DNA of 64,000 nucleotides from Polyangiaceae bacterium (lineage in GTDB: Bacteria > Myxococcota_A > Polyangia > Polyangiales > Polyangiaceae), in NCBI GenBank assembly GCA_044376115.1, contig JBILLK010000011.1, positions 1-64,000 on the forward strand, in the 5' to 3' direction. The translations under genes were made by a program, and so were the position numbers. Under the pieces are notes generated by a model. That model was not told the origin of the DNA. It saw nothing but the letters and a program-made list of their open reading frames with translations, and searched no databases. Below, piece by piece: positions 1 through 8,963 of the stretch (positions within the stretch are counted from its first letter, which is position 1; the number at the start of each line of letters is the position of its first letter).

Positions 1-128
1 GGTTTGCTGCATCAACCTTCGGTTGAATGACTCGTGCCAAAGACGAAGGACAACGGGGCCTTCGGCGGATTCTCTCGAAGAGGGCCCGAGTCATTGGGTT
101 TGCTGCATCAACCTTCGGCGGAATTCGC
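1..128. repeat. 22-bp direct repeat enclosing an inverted-repeat structured unit (REP/MITE-like; may continue off the window edge)
   Basis: GGTTTGCTGCATCAACCTTCGG at 1-22 and 97-118; AATGACTCG (26-34) / CGAGTCATT (87-95) inverted pair; CCTTCGGCGGA at 59-69 and 112-122. Confidence 0.7.
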
Positions 129-155
129 AGTTCGCTCGAGTCGACCGAGGAGCCT

Positions 156-1271
156 TTAGCCCAACGTGCGCAACGCCCGCAGCGTTTCAGCTACCGCGTA
201 TTCCGCCGCTTCGATCGCGCCGGCCAAGTACCCCGGTTCGCTGCGGCTGGTCTCGCTGCCGGCTAGCGAGAGGTGCTCGCGCCATTCGCCCGTGACCCAC
301 GGCTGCGTTGTTGGTGCCGGGTGTGCTCCGCCCACGCGATCATCGAGCGTGGCCGTAAGCGGGTCGGCGGACCAATCCTTCAACAAGGTCGCTGTCGGCG
401 AGCGCGCCTCGTGGCCGAATAGCTTTGCTAGTTGCTCGAGCGCGGCGCCAATGAGCGCCTCACGGCCCATGGCCTCACGTTGATCGGCGGGCACGCCGAT
501 GAAGCCGAACAGCGCCGCCTTGCCCGACACGGTGGTTGCATCGTGAAGCTCGACCAGCGGGCCGACCATGCTTTGCGCGGTGCCGGACAGACCGTGCTCG
601 CGCCAAAACGGCCGCTCGTAGCAAGCGAAGAACTTCGCGTGCGGCGCCATCCAGGTCGCTGTCGAACGCCAGCGTCGAGCGGTCTCTTGATCGAGCGGTG
701 GTGAAAAGCTGATGGTTGCGGCTAGAAGCCGGGGAGGCAAGGCGAGGATCGCGTGGGCTGCTTGCACAGTTTGCGAAGTACCGTCCGCGTCGCGCAGCTC
801 GAGCTCGAGCGTCCCAACGCTGCGAGCGACACGGGTGACGCGGGTCTGCAGGTGGATAGCGTGTTCGGGGAGGCCCGCGGCAAGGGCCCTGACCAGCGCC
901 CCGGTCCCGCCGGCAATACGCATCGACTCCGGCTCCTGCGGCAGGCTGCGCAAGCGTCGCGGAGCTTCGCGCGACATGCGTTGGAACACGACGTCCCCGT
1001 CGCTGAATTGTGGAAAGGCGGTGAGTCCGAGTTGCTGGACGAGCTCGGCCACGGCCGGCTGCGTCAGCGGCCAGAACCACGACGGCCCGAGGTCAAAGCC
1101 GTCCGCCGACGGCTTGCCCTCGAGATCGGCAGAGAGGATGCGCCCACCCAGCCGTTCGCGCGCCTCGAACAGCTGGAAGTCGATGTCCGCCACGTGGAGC
1201 AGCCGAGCCGCCTGCAGGCCTGCGAGCCCTCCACCCACGATCACGACCGAGGTCTCTCGTCGCTGTTGCAT
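156..1271 (-). CDS. Flavin monoamine oxidase family FAD-dependent oxidoreductase
   Basis: VVIVGGGLAGL..AA FAD motif, EARERLGGRI, DLGPSWFWP, C-terminal AGSET...GYLAGAIEAA. Confidence 0.9.
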   Translation of the reverse strand: MQQRRETSVVIVGGGLAGLQAARLLHVADIDFQLFEARERLGGRILSADLEGKPSADGFDLGPSWFWPLTQPAVAELVQQLGLTAFPQFSDGDVVFQRMSREAPRRLRSLPQEPESMRIAGGTGALVRALAAGLPEHAIHLQTRVTRVARSVGTLELELRDADGTSQTVQAAHAILALPPRLLAATISFSPPLDQETARRWRSTATWMAPHAKFFACYERPFWREHGLSGTAQSMVGPLVELHDATTVSGKAALFGFIGVPADQREAMGREALIGAALEQLAKLFGHEARSPTATLLKDWSADPLTATLDDRVGGAHPAPTTQPWVTGEWREHLSLAGSETSRSEPGYLAGAIEAAEYAVAETLRALRTLG

Positions 1272-1412
1272 GCTCGAGCCCTAGCACCACCTTGCTCTAC
1301 TCCCAAGCGAGGCGATGCCCGCGCCCGTCGTCCAAATAGTACGTATAGGACGAACAATAGAGTCCGGATAGTTCTGATAGACGGCAGGCTCGCGGGAGCT
1401 CATCGTTGGCCT

Positions 1413-2825
1413 ATGAGAAACCACATCTTGCACTTATCGCTCGGTCTCGTGCTCGCAGCTTGCTCCGCCGACGTGCTGGTCGATCCTTCGGAGGAGAGCC
1501 AAACCGAGCCAGTTCCCGAGGAGCCTGTGGAACCGGTGGAGCCGTCGTCACCGGCGGTGTTCTGCCCGAGCACCCCCTTCTCAGGAGATGCTGAGGACGC
1601 CGTGATCGTGCTAGCGGGCCCCGAGGGAGTCGAGCTCGTGTTGCGCGACGGTTCGACGCGCTCGCTGGATCTCGGGCAGGTCGCGGAGCCGAACGATGAG
1701 CTAACCGTTACTAACTCCGTTGCACTCGGCGGAGAGCAAATCGCCGTGACGCACGTCGAAAACCAATGGCTTAACGACGAGCTGACGCAGAGCTTTCGCG
1801 TACTGTGGTTCACCCGTGCGGGTGAGCTGCTCGCGGAGGAGTCGTCCGCGCAGTCCTCCCTTGCGTTGGGTATCTCCGACGAGAACGTTACGCTGCTGGT
1901 CCGCGCCGACCCAGAGCTCGGTTCCTCGGCGTTGGTGCTACGCGCAGCGGACGGGAGCACACGCGAAGTGCACGACTTCGACGTCCACTCCTCGGTGATC
2001 GAGGGACGCTATGTCGCGGGCTACGATCCTGTTGCGCTTAGCTTCGGCTTTCTCGACCTTGCCACCGGCGATCGCCGACTGATTGCCGCCGGTAGTGAAG
2101 CGACGTTGCTCTCGAGCGGAGGCTTTGCATACCTGCTGCCCGGAGACGATGCGCCGCTGTTGGTTCATGAGCGGCCGAGCGGCCCCGTTGAGACCCCGCT
2201 CAACACCGTCCTCCCCGAGTCGGTCTGGGTCGAGCGCGTGGAGAACGGCTCGGCGCTCTTGGTCGCTTATGGTGAGTCGCTACCGCTCGCTTGGCACGTC
2301 GATCTAGCGTCGGGCGTCGTTACGGAGGTGCCGAGCTCCGGGCCGAATGGCGAGCCTGTACTCGAGCACGCCTGTGGCGTTCCCTCCTTCGCGCTGCTTT
2401 CGGATGGCTCGGTGTTGCGCGCCTTTCGCAGCGGAGGCGACGCTTTTGTAGCGGCCTTCGACCCGAGCCTCCAGTCGCTGACGCGCCTCGAGCCGACCTT
2501 CGGTGCACCCTTCGAGTTCAGCCTCAGCGCGGCGGCAGGCACCACGATGATCTCGGTGAGCGACCAGCAGAAGACCTTCTGCCCGATCAACGACTGGGCC
2601 GACGCGCCTTCGCCGGGCAGCGTCCAAGGGCGATCGCTCGCGCTCGTTCGCGGCGAGATTGCCCACGTCATCGAAGGCGTTTCGTACTGGGATTGGCAGC
2701 TCTCCCTCTCCGCCGACGGGACCTGTGCGCTCGCCTACGACTCGCTCGGAACCACCCGCGTGATCGACGTCATCAGCGGCAACGAGACCGAGCTCGGCAG
2801 CAAGGTGGGCGCCTTCTTCAACTGA
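1413..2825 (+). CDS. Hypothetical lipoprotein, acidic and beta-rich
   Basis: MRNHILHLSLGLVLAAC lipobox; long ORF; start placed at ATG 1413 within ORF 753..2825. Confidence 0.7.
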   Translation: MRNHILHLSLGLVLAACSADVLVDPSEESQTEPVPEEPVEPVEPSSPAVFCPSTPFSGDAEDAVIVLAGPEGVELVLRDGSTRSLDLGQVAEPNDELTVTNSVALGGEQIAVTHVENQWLNDELTQSFRVLWFTRAGELLAEESSAQSSLALGISDENVTLLVRADPELGSSALVLRAADGSTREVHDFDVHSSVIEGRYVAGYDPVALSFGFLDLATGDRRLIAAGSEATLLSSGGFAYLLPGDDAPLLVHERPSGPVETPLNTVLPESVWVERVENGSALLVAYGESLPLAWHVDLASGVVTEVPSSGPNGEPVLEHACGVPSFALLSDGSVLRAFRSGGDAFVAAFDPSLQSLTRLEPTFGAPFEFSLSAAAGTTMISVSDQQKTFCPINDWADAPSPGSVQGRSLALVRGEIAHVIEGVSYWDWQLSLSADGTCALAYDSLGTTRVIDVISGNETELGSKVGAFFN

Positions 2826-2920
2826 CGAGCGAGCGCACGCGGGCCTGCGCGAAGCTACAAGCTTCGCGCAGATCGTCAGAGACTAGGCCGTGCATCATCG
2901 ACGCGGTAGTACCGGGTCGC

Positions 2921-3295
2921 ATGTCTGAGTTCGCCCGACCGCATTCAACGCAGCATGGTCGTGTCGTGGTGGCGCTCACTCTCGCGGGAGTGGGTTCCGC
3001 GCTTTTGCTGATCCCTTACCTGCGCGAGCTGATGCCGGTGCTCCTCGCGCAGGTCGATCGAGAGTCCCCGATCCCTTTGCCGTTGATCATCGTGCTGCAG
3101 ACTGGTCTTTACTTCACGTTCGGCTCCTGGCTCGGCCTTCGAGCTGGCTACTCCCTTGGCTTGGACGCCCCATGGCTGCGCGCACTGCTGTACCGCAAGG
3201 CGCTTCCCGAGGGGACGCGCCGCACCTTTGGTCGTCCGGATCAGCACCACTGGCTGTGCCGATGGTCATCACGAGCGGGACAACGTAGGCCGTGA
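2921..3295 (+). pseudogene. N-terminal fragment of a membrane protein resembling CPBP (CAAX/Abi) intramembrane protease family members
   Basis: Two TM segments and GL.AG.SLGLDAPWLRALL motif; sequence becomes non-protein-like after ~3230; no EExxxR catalytic motif. Confidence 0.5.
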
Positions 3296-3608
3296 GGTCG
3301 TCGATGATGCCGAAGGATGCGCCCGCATTGAGGTTGATCAGATTGGCAGCAAACGAGCCGCCAAAAGCGCTGAACTCGAGGTGCGTGATCGAAGCGCCAA
3401 ACTCGGGCGCCAGCGTCATCTCCGGTAGCGTGAGGGGCCTTTCGACGTATTGCACGGGCAATCCTTGGCTCGACGGCGCAGGCTCCGTCACGGGAGCGCG
3501 ATTCGCAGGCAAAGAATCTTGAGCGTGGGCCAGCGGGCTCGTACCAAGCGTGAGTGCTACAGCGCTTGCGGCGATCGCCAGGCGAGTCACTTTCATTGCG
3601 TTGTTCAT
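3114..3608 (-). pseudogene. N-terminal fragment of a secreted or outer-membrane protein
   Basis: Signal peptide ending AHA-Q, YVERPLTLP motif and beta-strand pattern; runs into the antisense strand of the convergent gene after ~3235. Confidence 0.5.
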
Positions 3609-3740
3609 GTGGCGGAAGCTAGTGCCGGGGTGGCCCGTGCGACCAGGGGGGCGCACGATTGCGGCGCGCGCGCGACTCTTGCACGGGCGTGCGCTTGCTT
3701 GTTTAACTGACGGCGCTCTCCGACTCGAACAGGCTCAAGG

Positions 3741-4160
3741 TTGACGATGGCAAAAGCAAACTGGCCGAAGACTTTTCCCAAAGGAAACTACCGGCCCGAG
3801 TGCCTCGTTCGCGCGAACGGTGCTGCGGGGCCTGGCTTGCTCGCGCTGCACTTGTCGAACGCTGCCGCAACGCGCCTTTCAAAGGGGGAGCCCAAGGGTG
3901 CAGAGGTGCAGCTGGTGGCGCCGTCGCCGGGTTTTGGTCTCGTAGATGGCCTCATAGGTACAAGCGAGGGGACGTTCCTCCTCCACCCAAAGCAGCATCG
4001 GCTCGTGCTGAGTGATGACTGCGGCGTCGCCCGGGCGACCGTGACAGCTCCCTTCCTCGAGCACGTTGTAAGTATCGCCGGGCAACCGAGCCCGAGTTCG
4101 CCTTTGTCTGCGACGAGGCAGATAAAGGCCTTCCCACGACCGCGCACGTATACCGGTTGA
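3741..4160 (+). CDS. Hypothetical protein (possibly the 5' half of a split gene)
   Basis: ORF with 4-bp TTGA overlap to the next ORF; no recognised motif. Confidence 0.4.
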   Translation: MTMAKANWPKTFPKGNYRPECLVRANGAAGPGLLALHLSNAAATRLSKGEPKGAEVQLVAPSPGFGLVDGLIGTSEGTFLLHPKQHRLVLSDDCGVARATVTAPFLEHVVSIAGQPSPSSPLSATRQIKAFPRPRTYTG

Positions 4161-4804
4161 CCGCAGAGGACGCGCTCGAAGGGCGCCCACCCACGCTGCT
4201 CGCCACGAGGCCGTTCCGTCCGACCATCCGTTACGACTCGGCAGGCGCGCTGCTCGCCCTCGATTCCGGCGTGCTTCGCGTCTTCGGGCCAAAGGCCACG
4301 GAGCTCACGGCGCCCGAGACGATTCAGCTCAGCCTTCCGCAAGGGCTCTCCGGCCCAACGAGTTTGAACGGGGCGCAGGCTCGGCTCACCGCTGCAGGTG
4401 ATCGAATCGCCTTCCTCATGAGTCCCTTGGGCGGGAACCTGTTGGTGTTCAATCGTATGGGCGAGGCGGTCGAAGGCTTTCGTGGCCCAAAGGGGTGCTG
4501 GTCGGGATTGCTCGCTCAGGCGTTTCAGCTCGTCGAAGGAGGTCGCTCGCTGCTCTTGGCTGCCGACGCCGCTGCCAGTCGAACTGGGTCGGCCGCGTGG
4601 GTCGAGTGGCCGGACGCACGGCTCCTCGAGGCTTACGTCGCGCTGCTCGATGTGGACACCAGCTCGGTGCGCGGCCTCGTTGCTGGCAGCAAGGGGATGG
4701 TGCACTCGATGGTCGCGATTGAGGGAGAGTGCGTCGCGGTGTCTACCTACGGGCGCTCCAAGAAGATCGACATCACGCCATGGGCCGCCCTAGCGGGCCC
4801 CTGA
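4157..4804 (+). CDS. Hypothetical protein, beta-rich
   Basis: 215-aa ORF with protein-like composition; TTG start uncertain. Confidence 0.5.
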   Translation: MTAEDALEGRPPTLLATRPFRPTIRYDSAGALLALDSGVLRVFGPKATELTAPETIQLSLPQGLSGPTSLNGAQARLTAAGDRIAFLMSPLGGNLLVFNRMGEAVEGFRGPKGCWSGLLAQAFQLVEGGRSLLLAADAAASRTGSAAWVEWPDARLLEAYVALLDVDTSSVRGLVAGSKGMVHSMVAIEGECVAVSTYGRSKKIDITPWAALAGP

Positions 4805-4914
4805 GCCCAAGGCCACGCCGACTTCGGCTGTCCGGCGCACGCACCGCCCCGCGCTACTAGCGGCGCCGTCATCGAGTCGCGCTGTCTGGTCGGCGGTGCT
4901 AGGGTCCGCCCGCG

Positions 4915-5406
4915 ATGCGCATTTTGGAAGAGCAACCCTGCTGCTTGCTCACGGTCTTCGACCGCGTGATCGTCACGGCTTGGTCGCCGATACCTTCGGA
5001 TGAAGATGCCGTAGCGAAGCTGCTGAACGCGATGCTGCTCGAGGCTCAACGCCAAGGTAAGGTCGCCCTGCTCGTCGCGCTGCTGTACGACTCTCCGCTT
5101 CCTTCGGAAGCTGTGCGTCGCCAAGTCGAGGCAGGGCTGCGTAAGGTGGACCCGCTCGTGATTTGTGGTGCGACCGTGATCGACAAAGCCGGCTTTCGCG
5201 CGTCGGCCTTGCGTGCCGTGGTGGCGGCGATGCAGCGCATCTCGCTGCCCAAGCACCCGGAGAGGGTCTTCGCGCAGCCGGAGCAGGGCGTGGAGTTTAT
5301 CCGCATGCAGCTAAGCGATGCGGGTTTCGCTCAGCCGGCCGCTGCCGACCTCTTGCACCATTATCGCGCCGCGGTCGAGCGCGCGAGCCAGCTTGGCCGC
5401 GTGTAG
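4915..5406 (+). CDS. Myxobacterial STAS/SEC14-like small protein
   Basis: A.VID..GFRASALRAVV..M...P.RVF....GVEF pattern typical of this paralogous family. Confidence 0.6.
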   Translation: MRILEEQPCCLLTVFDRVIVTAWSPIPSDEDAVAKLLNAMLLEAQRQGKVALLVALLYDSPLPSEAVRRQVEAGLRKVDPLVICGATVIDKAGFRASALRAVVAAMQRISLPKHPERVFAQPEQGVEFIRMQLSDAGFAQPAAADLLHHYRAAVERASQLGRV

Positions 5407-5451
5407 CGGCCAGGCTTGGGAGCCCCAACAGCCCTGACTTGAACTTGTCGC

Positions 5452-6744
5452 CTACGGCGGGTCTTCGCACACGCCAGGCGCCGCGATGTTCTGACCCGCG
5501 GCAGATGCGCGGCAGGCGTTGTCGTAGTCATCCCCATTGCAGCCGCAAACCGGCTCGTAGGCGATCGGGCAGGTGGTGGGGATGGTCCTGCAGACCCCCG
5601 TCGGCTCAGCGTCGAAACAGCCGCCGACTCCCAGCTGACAGAAGGTTCCGTTGGGACAGGTGTCGGGGCTCGTCGTGCAGGCGCAGCTGCCTTCCGCGAA
5701 CACCTGAACCTGCGCCATCGCAGCGTGACAGGGGCTGTCGTACTCGATGCCGTCACAGCCACAAACCAGGCTTTTCACCTCGTCAATGCAGCCTTGAGGG
5801 ACGGGCTGGCAGCTGCCTTCAGCCGTGCCCAACACGCACGCTCCCAAGGGTAGCTCGCAATAACTACCAGCTCCACAGCCAGCACCGCAACCCACGACCG
5901 GCTCGGGTTCGGGCTCTTCACAAACGCCCTCATAGGCTACTGAGGTGCCCGCCTGAGCTGCAACACAGGAGTTCTCGTAGTCCTCGCCATCGCAACCGCA
6001 AACCGGAGCGTAGGCGACCGGGCAGGGGGTGCTGATGGATCTACAGACACCCGTCGCATCAGCGTCGAAACAGCCTCCGACTTCGAGCTGACAGAAGGTT
6101 CCGTCGGGACAGGTGTCGGGGCTCGTCGTGCAGGCGCAGCTGCCTTCCGCGAACACCTGAACCTGCGCCATCGCAGCATGACACGGACTGTCGTACTCGA
6201 TACCGTCACATCCACAAACTGGGCTCTTCACCCCGGCGATGCAGCCTTCAGGTATGGGCTGGCAGCTGCCTTCAGCCGTCCCCAATACGCAAGCGCCCGT
6301 GGGTAGCTCGCAATACTCACCGTCGCCACAGCTAGCACCACAGCCTACGACCGGCTCGGGTTCCGGCTCGGGTTCCGGCTCCGGCTCCGGCTCTTCACAA
6401 GGGCCCTCGAAGGCTACCGCGGTGCCTGCTTGCGCTGCAGCACAGGCGTTCTCGTGGGTTTCGCCGTCGCAGCCACACACCTCGAGCACGGCACTCGTGC
6501 AACCCTCCGGGCGCGGCTTGCACGCGCTCGGGATTGGCGCGGCGAGCAAGCACGCCCCAACCGCCAGCGGGCAATACTCTGACGTGGCGCAGTCCGCGTC
6601 GGTGCTGCACGTGGCGTCGATGCAGCCCGACCAGAGCACTGCCACGACTGGCCCAACAGCCAACAAGATCCCGAAGTGGAGACCGAACCCGAGGCGCTTG
6701 GACGATCTCGGAGCCTGCTTTCGCGGTGGGAATGAGTGCGACAA
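5452..6744 (-). CDS. Kazal-type serine protease inhibitor domain lipoprotein with 5 Kazal units
   Basis: Five VCGC[DN]GxxYxxxC-type motifs; VLWSGC lipobox-like; EP linker; start chosen by alignment with the paralogue. Confidence 0.85.
   Translation of the reverse strand: MSHSFPPRKQAPRSSKRLGFGLHFGILLAVGPVVAVLWSGCIDATCSTDADCATSEYCPLAVGACLLAAPIPSACKPRPEGCTSAVLEVCGCDGETHENACAAAQAGTAVAFEGPCEEPEPEPEPEPEPEPVVGCGASCGDGEYCELPTGACVLGTAEGSCQPIPEGCIAGVKSPVCGCDGIEYDSPCHAAMAQVQVFAEGSCACTTSPDTCPDGTFCQLEVGGCFDADATGVCRSISTPCPVAYAPVCGCDGEDYENSCVAAQAGTSVAYEGVCEEPEPEPVVGCGAGCGAGSYCELPLGACVLGTAEGSCQPVPQGCIDEVKSLVCGCDGIEYDSPCHAAMAQVQVFAEGSCACTTSPDTCPNGTFCQLGVGGCFDAEPTGVCRTIPTTCPIAYEPVCGCNGDDYDNACRASAAGQNIAAPGVCEDPP
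5470..6390. repeat. Intragenic ~453-bp duplication of a two-Kazal unit, plus a hexamer repeat encoding (EP)n
   Basis: 72 bp identical at 5653-5724 and 6106-6177 (offset 453); hexamer repeats at ~6351-6392. Confidence 0.85.
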
Positions 6745-6858
6745 GCCCACCACTCTAAGCACTGCGCTTTGAGCGAGTCCACAGATATTTAGCCGCAAGA
6801 AAAGCGTGAAACCGCCGTTTTGCCGGTACGCGCTTGCACTGAAGGACAGGCGGTCTTC

Positions 6859-6886
6859 CTACGGCGGGTCTTCTACGGCGGGTCTT
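6859..6886. repeat. 14-bp tandem duplication covering the stop codon of the second Kazal gene
   Basis: CTACGGCGGGTCTT at 6859-6872 and 6873-6886; also at 5452-5465. Confidence 0.85.
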
Positions 6887-7688
6887 CGCACACGCCTGGC
6901 GCCGCGATGTTCTGACCCGCGGCAGATGCGCGGCAAGCATTATCGTAGTCCTTGCCATCACAGCCGCAAACCGGCACGTAGACGACCGAGCACGTGTTCG
7001 GGAGCTTCCTGCAGACACCAACTGGCTCTGGATCGAGACAGCCACCCACCCCGAACTGACAGAACATTCCGTCCGGGCACTCGTTCGGTGCGTTGGTGCA
7101 AGTGCACTCGCCGTCGGCGAATACCTGAACCAGCGCCTTCGCCGCGTCACACGGGCTTTCATACTCGTTGCCATCACAACCGCAGACGGGGCTCGTCACC
7201 TCGTCGATGCAGTCTTTCGGGATCGGTACGCAGTCACCTTCGGCCGACCCCAACACGCAAGCGCCGGTTGGCAAGGCGCAGTACTCACCCTCTGGACAGC
7301 CGTCACCACAGCCCTCTGGCTCACCAGGAGCAGGCTCTTCACAAGCACCCTCGAAGGCGACCGACGTTCCAGCTTGGGCTGCAACACAGGCGCTCACGTG
7401 GGTTTCGCCGTCGCAGCCACACACCTCCAGCTCGGCGACAGTGCAACCCTCTGGTCGCGGCTTGCAGGTGGCCGGTATGGGGTTGGCGAGCAGGCAGGCA
7501 CCGACCGCGAGCGGGCAGTACTCCGTATCGGCGCAGTGCGAATCAGCGCTGCAGGTGGAGTCGATGCAACCCGACCACAGCACTGCAAGGACAGGCCCGG
7601 CAGCCAACAACAGTCCAAGTTGGAGACCGAACCCGAGACGCTTCAACCGTCTCGGAGCCTGCTTTCGCGGTGGGAACGAGTGCGACAA
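6873..7688 (-). CDS. Kazal-type serine protease inhibitor domain lipoprotein with 3 Kazal units; tandem paralogue
   Basis: Three VCGCDG motifs; N-terminus SHSFPPRKQAPR and C-terminus DNACRASAAGQNIAAPGVCEDPP shared with 5452..6744. Confidence 0.85.
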   Translation of the reverse strand: MSHSFPPRKQAPRRLKRLGFGLQLGLLLAAGPVLAVLWSGCIDSTCSADSHCADTEYCPLAVGACLLANPIPATCKPRPEGCTVAELEVCGCDGETHVSACVAAQAGTSVAFEGACEEPAPGEPEGCGDGCPEGEYCALPTGACVLGSAEGDCVPIPKDCIDEVTSPVCGCDGNEYESPCDAAKALVQVFADGECTCTNAPNECPDGMFCQFGVGGCLDPEPVGVCRKLPNTCSVVYVPVCGCDGKDYDNACRASAAGQNIAAPGVCEDPP

Positions 7689-7776
7689 GCCGGAGATGTT
7701 AAGCCCCGCGCTTTGGGTCAGTCCACAAGATACCGGCGTGCCTTTTTAAACAGCAAGGGACCCACCGAGCGACCTA

Positions 7777-7813
7777 ACGCTCGAGCCGGCTTGCCGCCGC
7801 AAGTCTCGAGCGT
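7777..7813. other. Intergenic stem-loop (terminator-like or REP-like)
   Basis: ACGCTCGAG (7777-7785) / CTCGAGCGT (7805-7813) with inner CTTGC/GCAAG; no U-tract. Confidence 0.5.
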
Positions 7814-7905
7814 CTCGCCTCCTTTGCGCTGCGTCGCTGGACGGCTACCCTCTCGCTCATGCGCCCTACACTTATTTACCTCCTGCTCGCGCTGACCTCC
7901 TGTCG

Positions 7906-8805
7906 TCAGGCATGCGGCCTCGAACTGGCAAGCGGCGGCGGAGCTGCGCAGGGCAGGCTGAGTTCAGCCGTCGAGGGAACGACGGTCAGGCGAAGCTCGG
8001 GGCCCAGCTCCGAGGCTGTGCTGGCCGCGCGCGTCGTTTGCCCGAGGACGACCTCGATGCGCGCTGGGCTCGAGCCGCGAGAGCCCAGCCGCGTCCAGAA
8101 CAAATGGCTGCCGGGCGCGAGCGCACCCTCGAACGGACATGTCCCTAGATTCGCGCCGTCGACAAACACCTCAGCACCCGGCAAATCCGGACATTCGATG
8201 CGCAGCCCGCCCGAGCGTTCGAGGCGGGTCAATTTCGCGTCGAGCGATACGGTCTTTCCGGGCTCGCTTTCGACTGTGTGCTCAAAGGTTTGATAGCCGT
8301 CTTTGAGCACGCGCACCACGTGTCGGCCTGCGTTCAGCCGCAGCGGTACGAGCAACGGTAGTTTCCCGCGCATGCGGCCGTCGACCACCACGATGCCGGT
8401 CACATTCGCTGACAGCTCGAGCGAACCGAGCGCGCGCCGCAGCTCCACCATCGCCGGTGCAATCGCGCTGCGATCCTGCTCCGTGAGGTCATTGGCGAAG
8501 CGACCAATCAACTCTTCGTAGAGTTCGAGCGCCTCGTCTTCACGTTTCAACTGATGCAGACAATAGGCTGCGTTCATGGTGTTGGCGGCAGCCGGTACGA
8601 GCTCGCGGGAGGCGAGATAGAGCACGAGCGCCGCCTGGCAGTCTCCCGACTTGCGCAGCTCGTTCCCTCGTTGGAAGAGCTCCTTCGCCTTCGGCGTCGG
8701 ATCCCCAGCGACCGCGTCGGGGAGCGGCGCCTCCGCTTGGGCCAGCGCGACCGCCGGACCCGAATACAAGACCAACGCCATGAGCAGCCGGCGAGCGACG
8801 CTCAC
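7906..8805 (-). CDS. PEGA domain protein with N-terminal TPR-like helices, probably C-terminally truncated
   Basis: Signal peptide, AKELFQRG..ALVLY..S TPR-like region, two PEGA repeats (VVDG..RG..PL; GAEVFVDG..LG..P); third repeat breaks off after AELSL. Confidence 0.75.
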   Translation of the reverse strand: MSVARRLLMALVLYSGPAVALAQAEAPLPDAVAGDPTPKAKELFQRGNELRKSGDCQAALVLYLASRELVPAAANTMNAAYCLHQLKREDEALELYEELIGRFANDLTEQDRSAIAPAMVELRRALGSLELSANVTGIVVVDGRMRGKLPLLVPLRLNAGRHVVRVLKDGYQTFEHTVESEPGKTVSLDAKLTRLERSGGLRIECPDLPGAEVFVDGANLGTCPFEGALAPGSHLFWTRLGSRGSSPARIEVVLGQTTRAASTASELGPELRLTVVPSTAELSLPCAAPPPLASSRPHA

Positions 8806-8963
8806 AACACCCCGATGAGGGCGCCTGCGCCTACGACCTGTACCCCGTGGTCCATATTTCAGGCGGAATCTACTTCACGCGGACCACGGCGGTTCTGCTT
8901 TTCACTTCCGCTTGCGATTGTTGCGTGACGCTTTGGGAGGTCGAGCCGACTTTCCCTTCTGTG

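Noticed and set aside
1..118. CRISPR array
   Set aside because: Only two 22-bp copies, a 74-nt self-complementary intervening segment, and no cas genes in the window.
753..1412. N-terminal extension of the 690-aa ORF
   Set aside because: Mostly antisense to the amine oxidase gene; the signal peptide starts at 1413.
3741..4804. Programmed frameshift joining the two ORFs
   Set aside because: No slippery sequence is seen and no known homology is available to test it; the TTGA overlap fits ordinary coupling.
7772..7813. Integron attC site (ACCTAAC followed by a hairpin)
   Set aside because: No matching GTTRRRY at the far end, no similar sites between other genes, mixed gene orientations, and no integrase.
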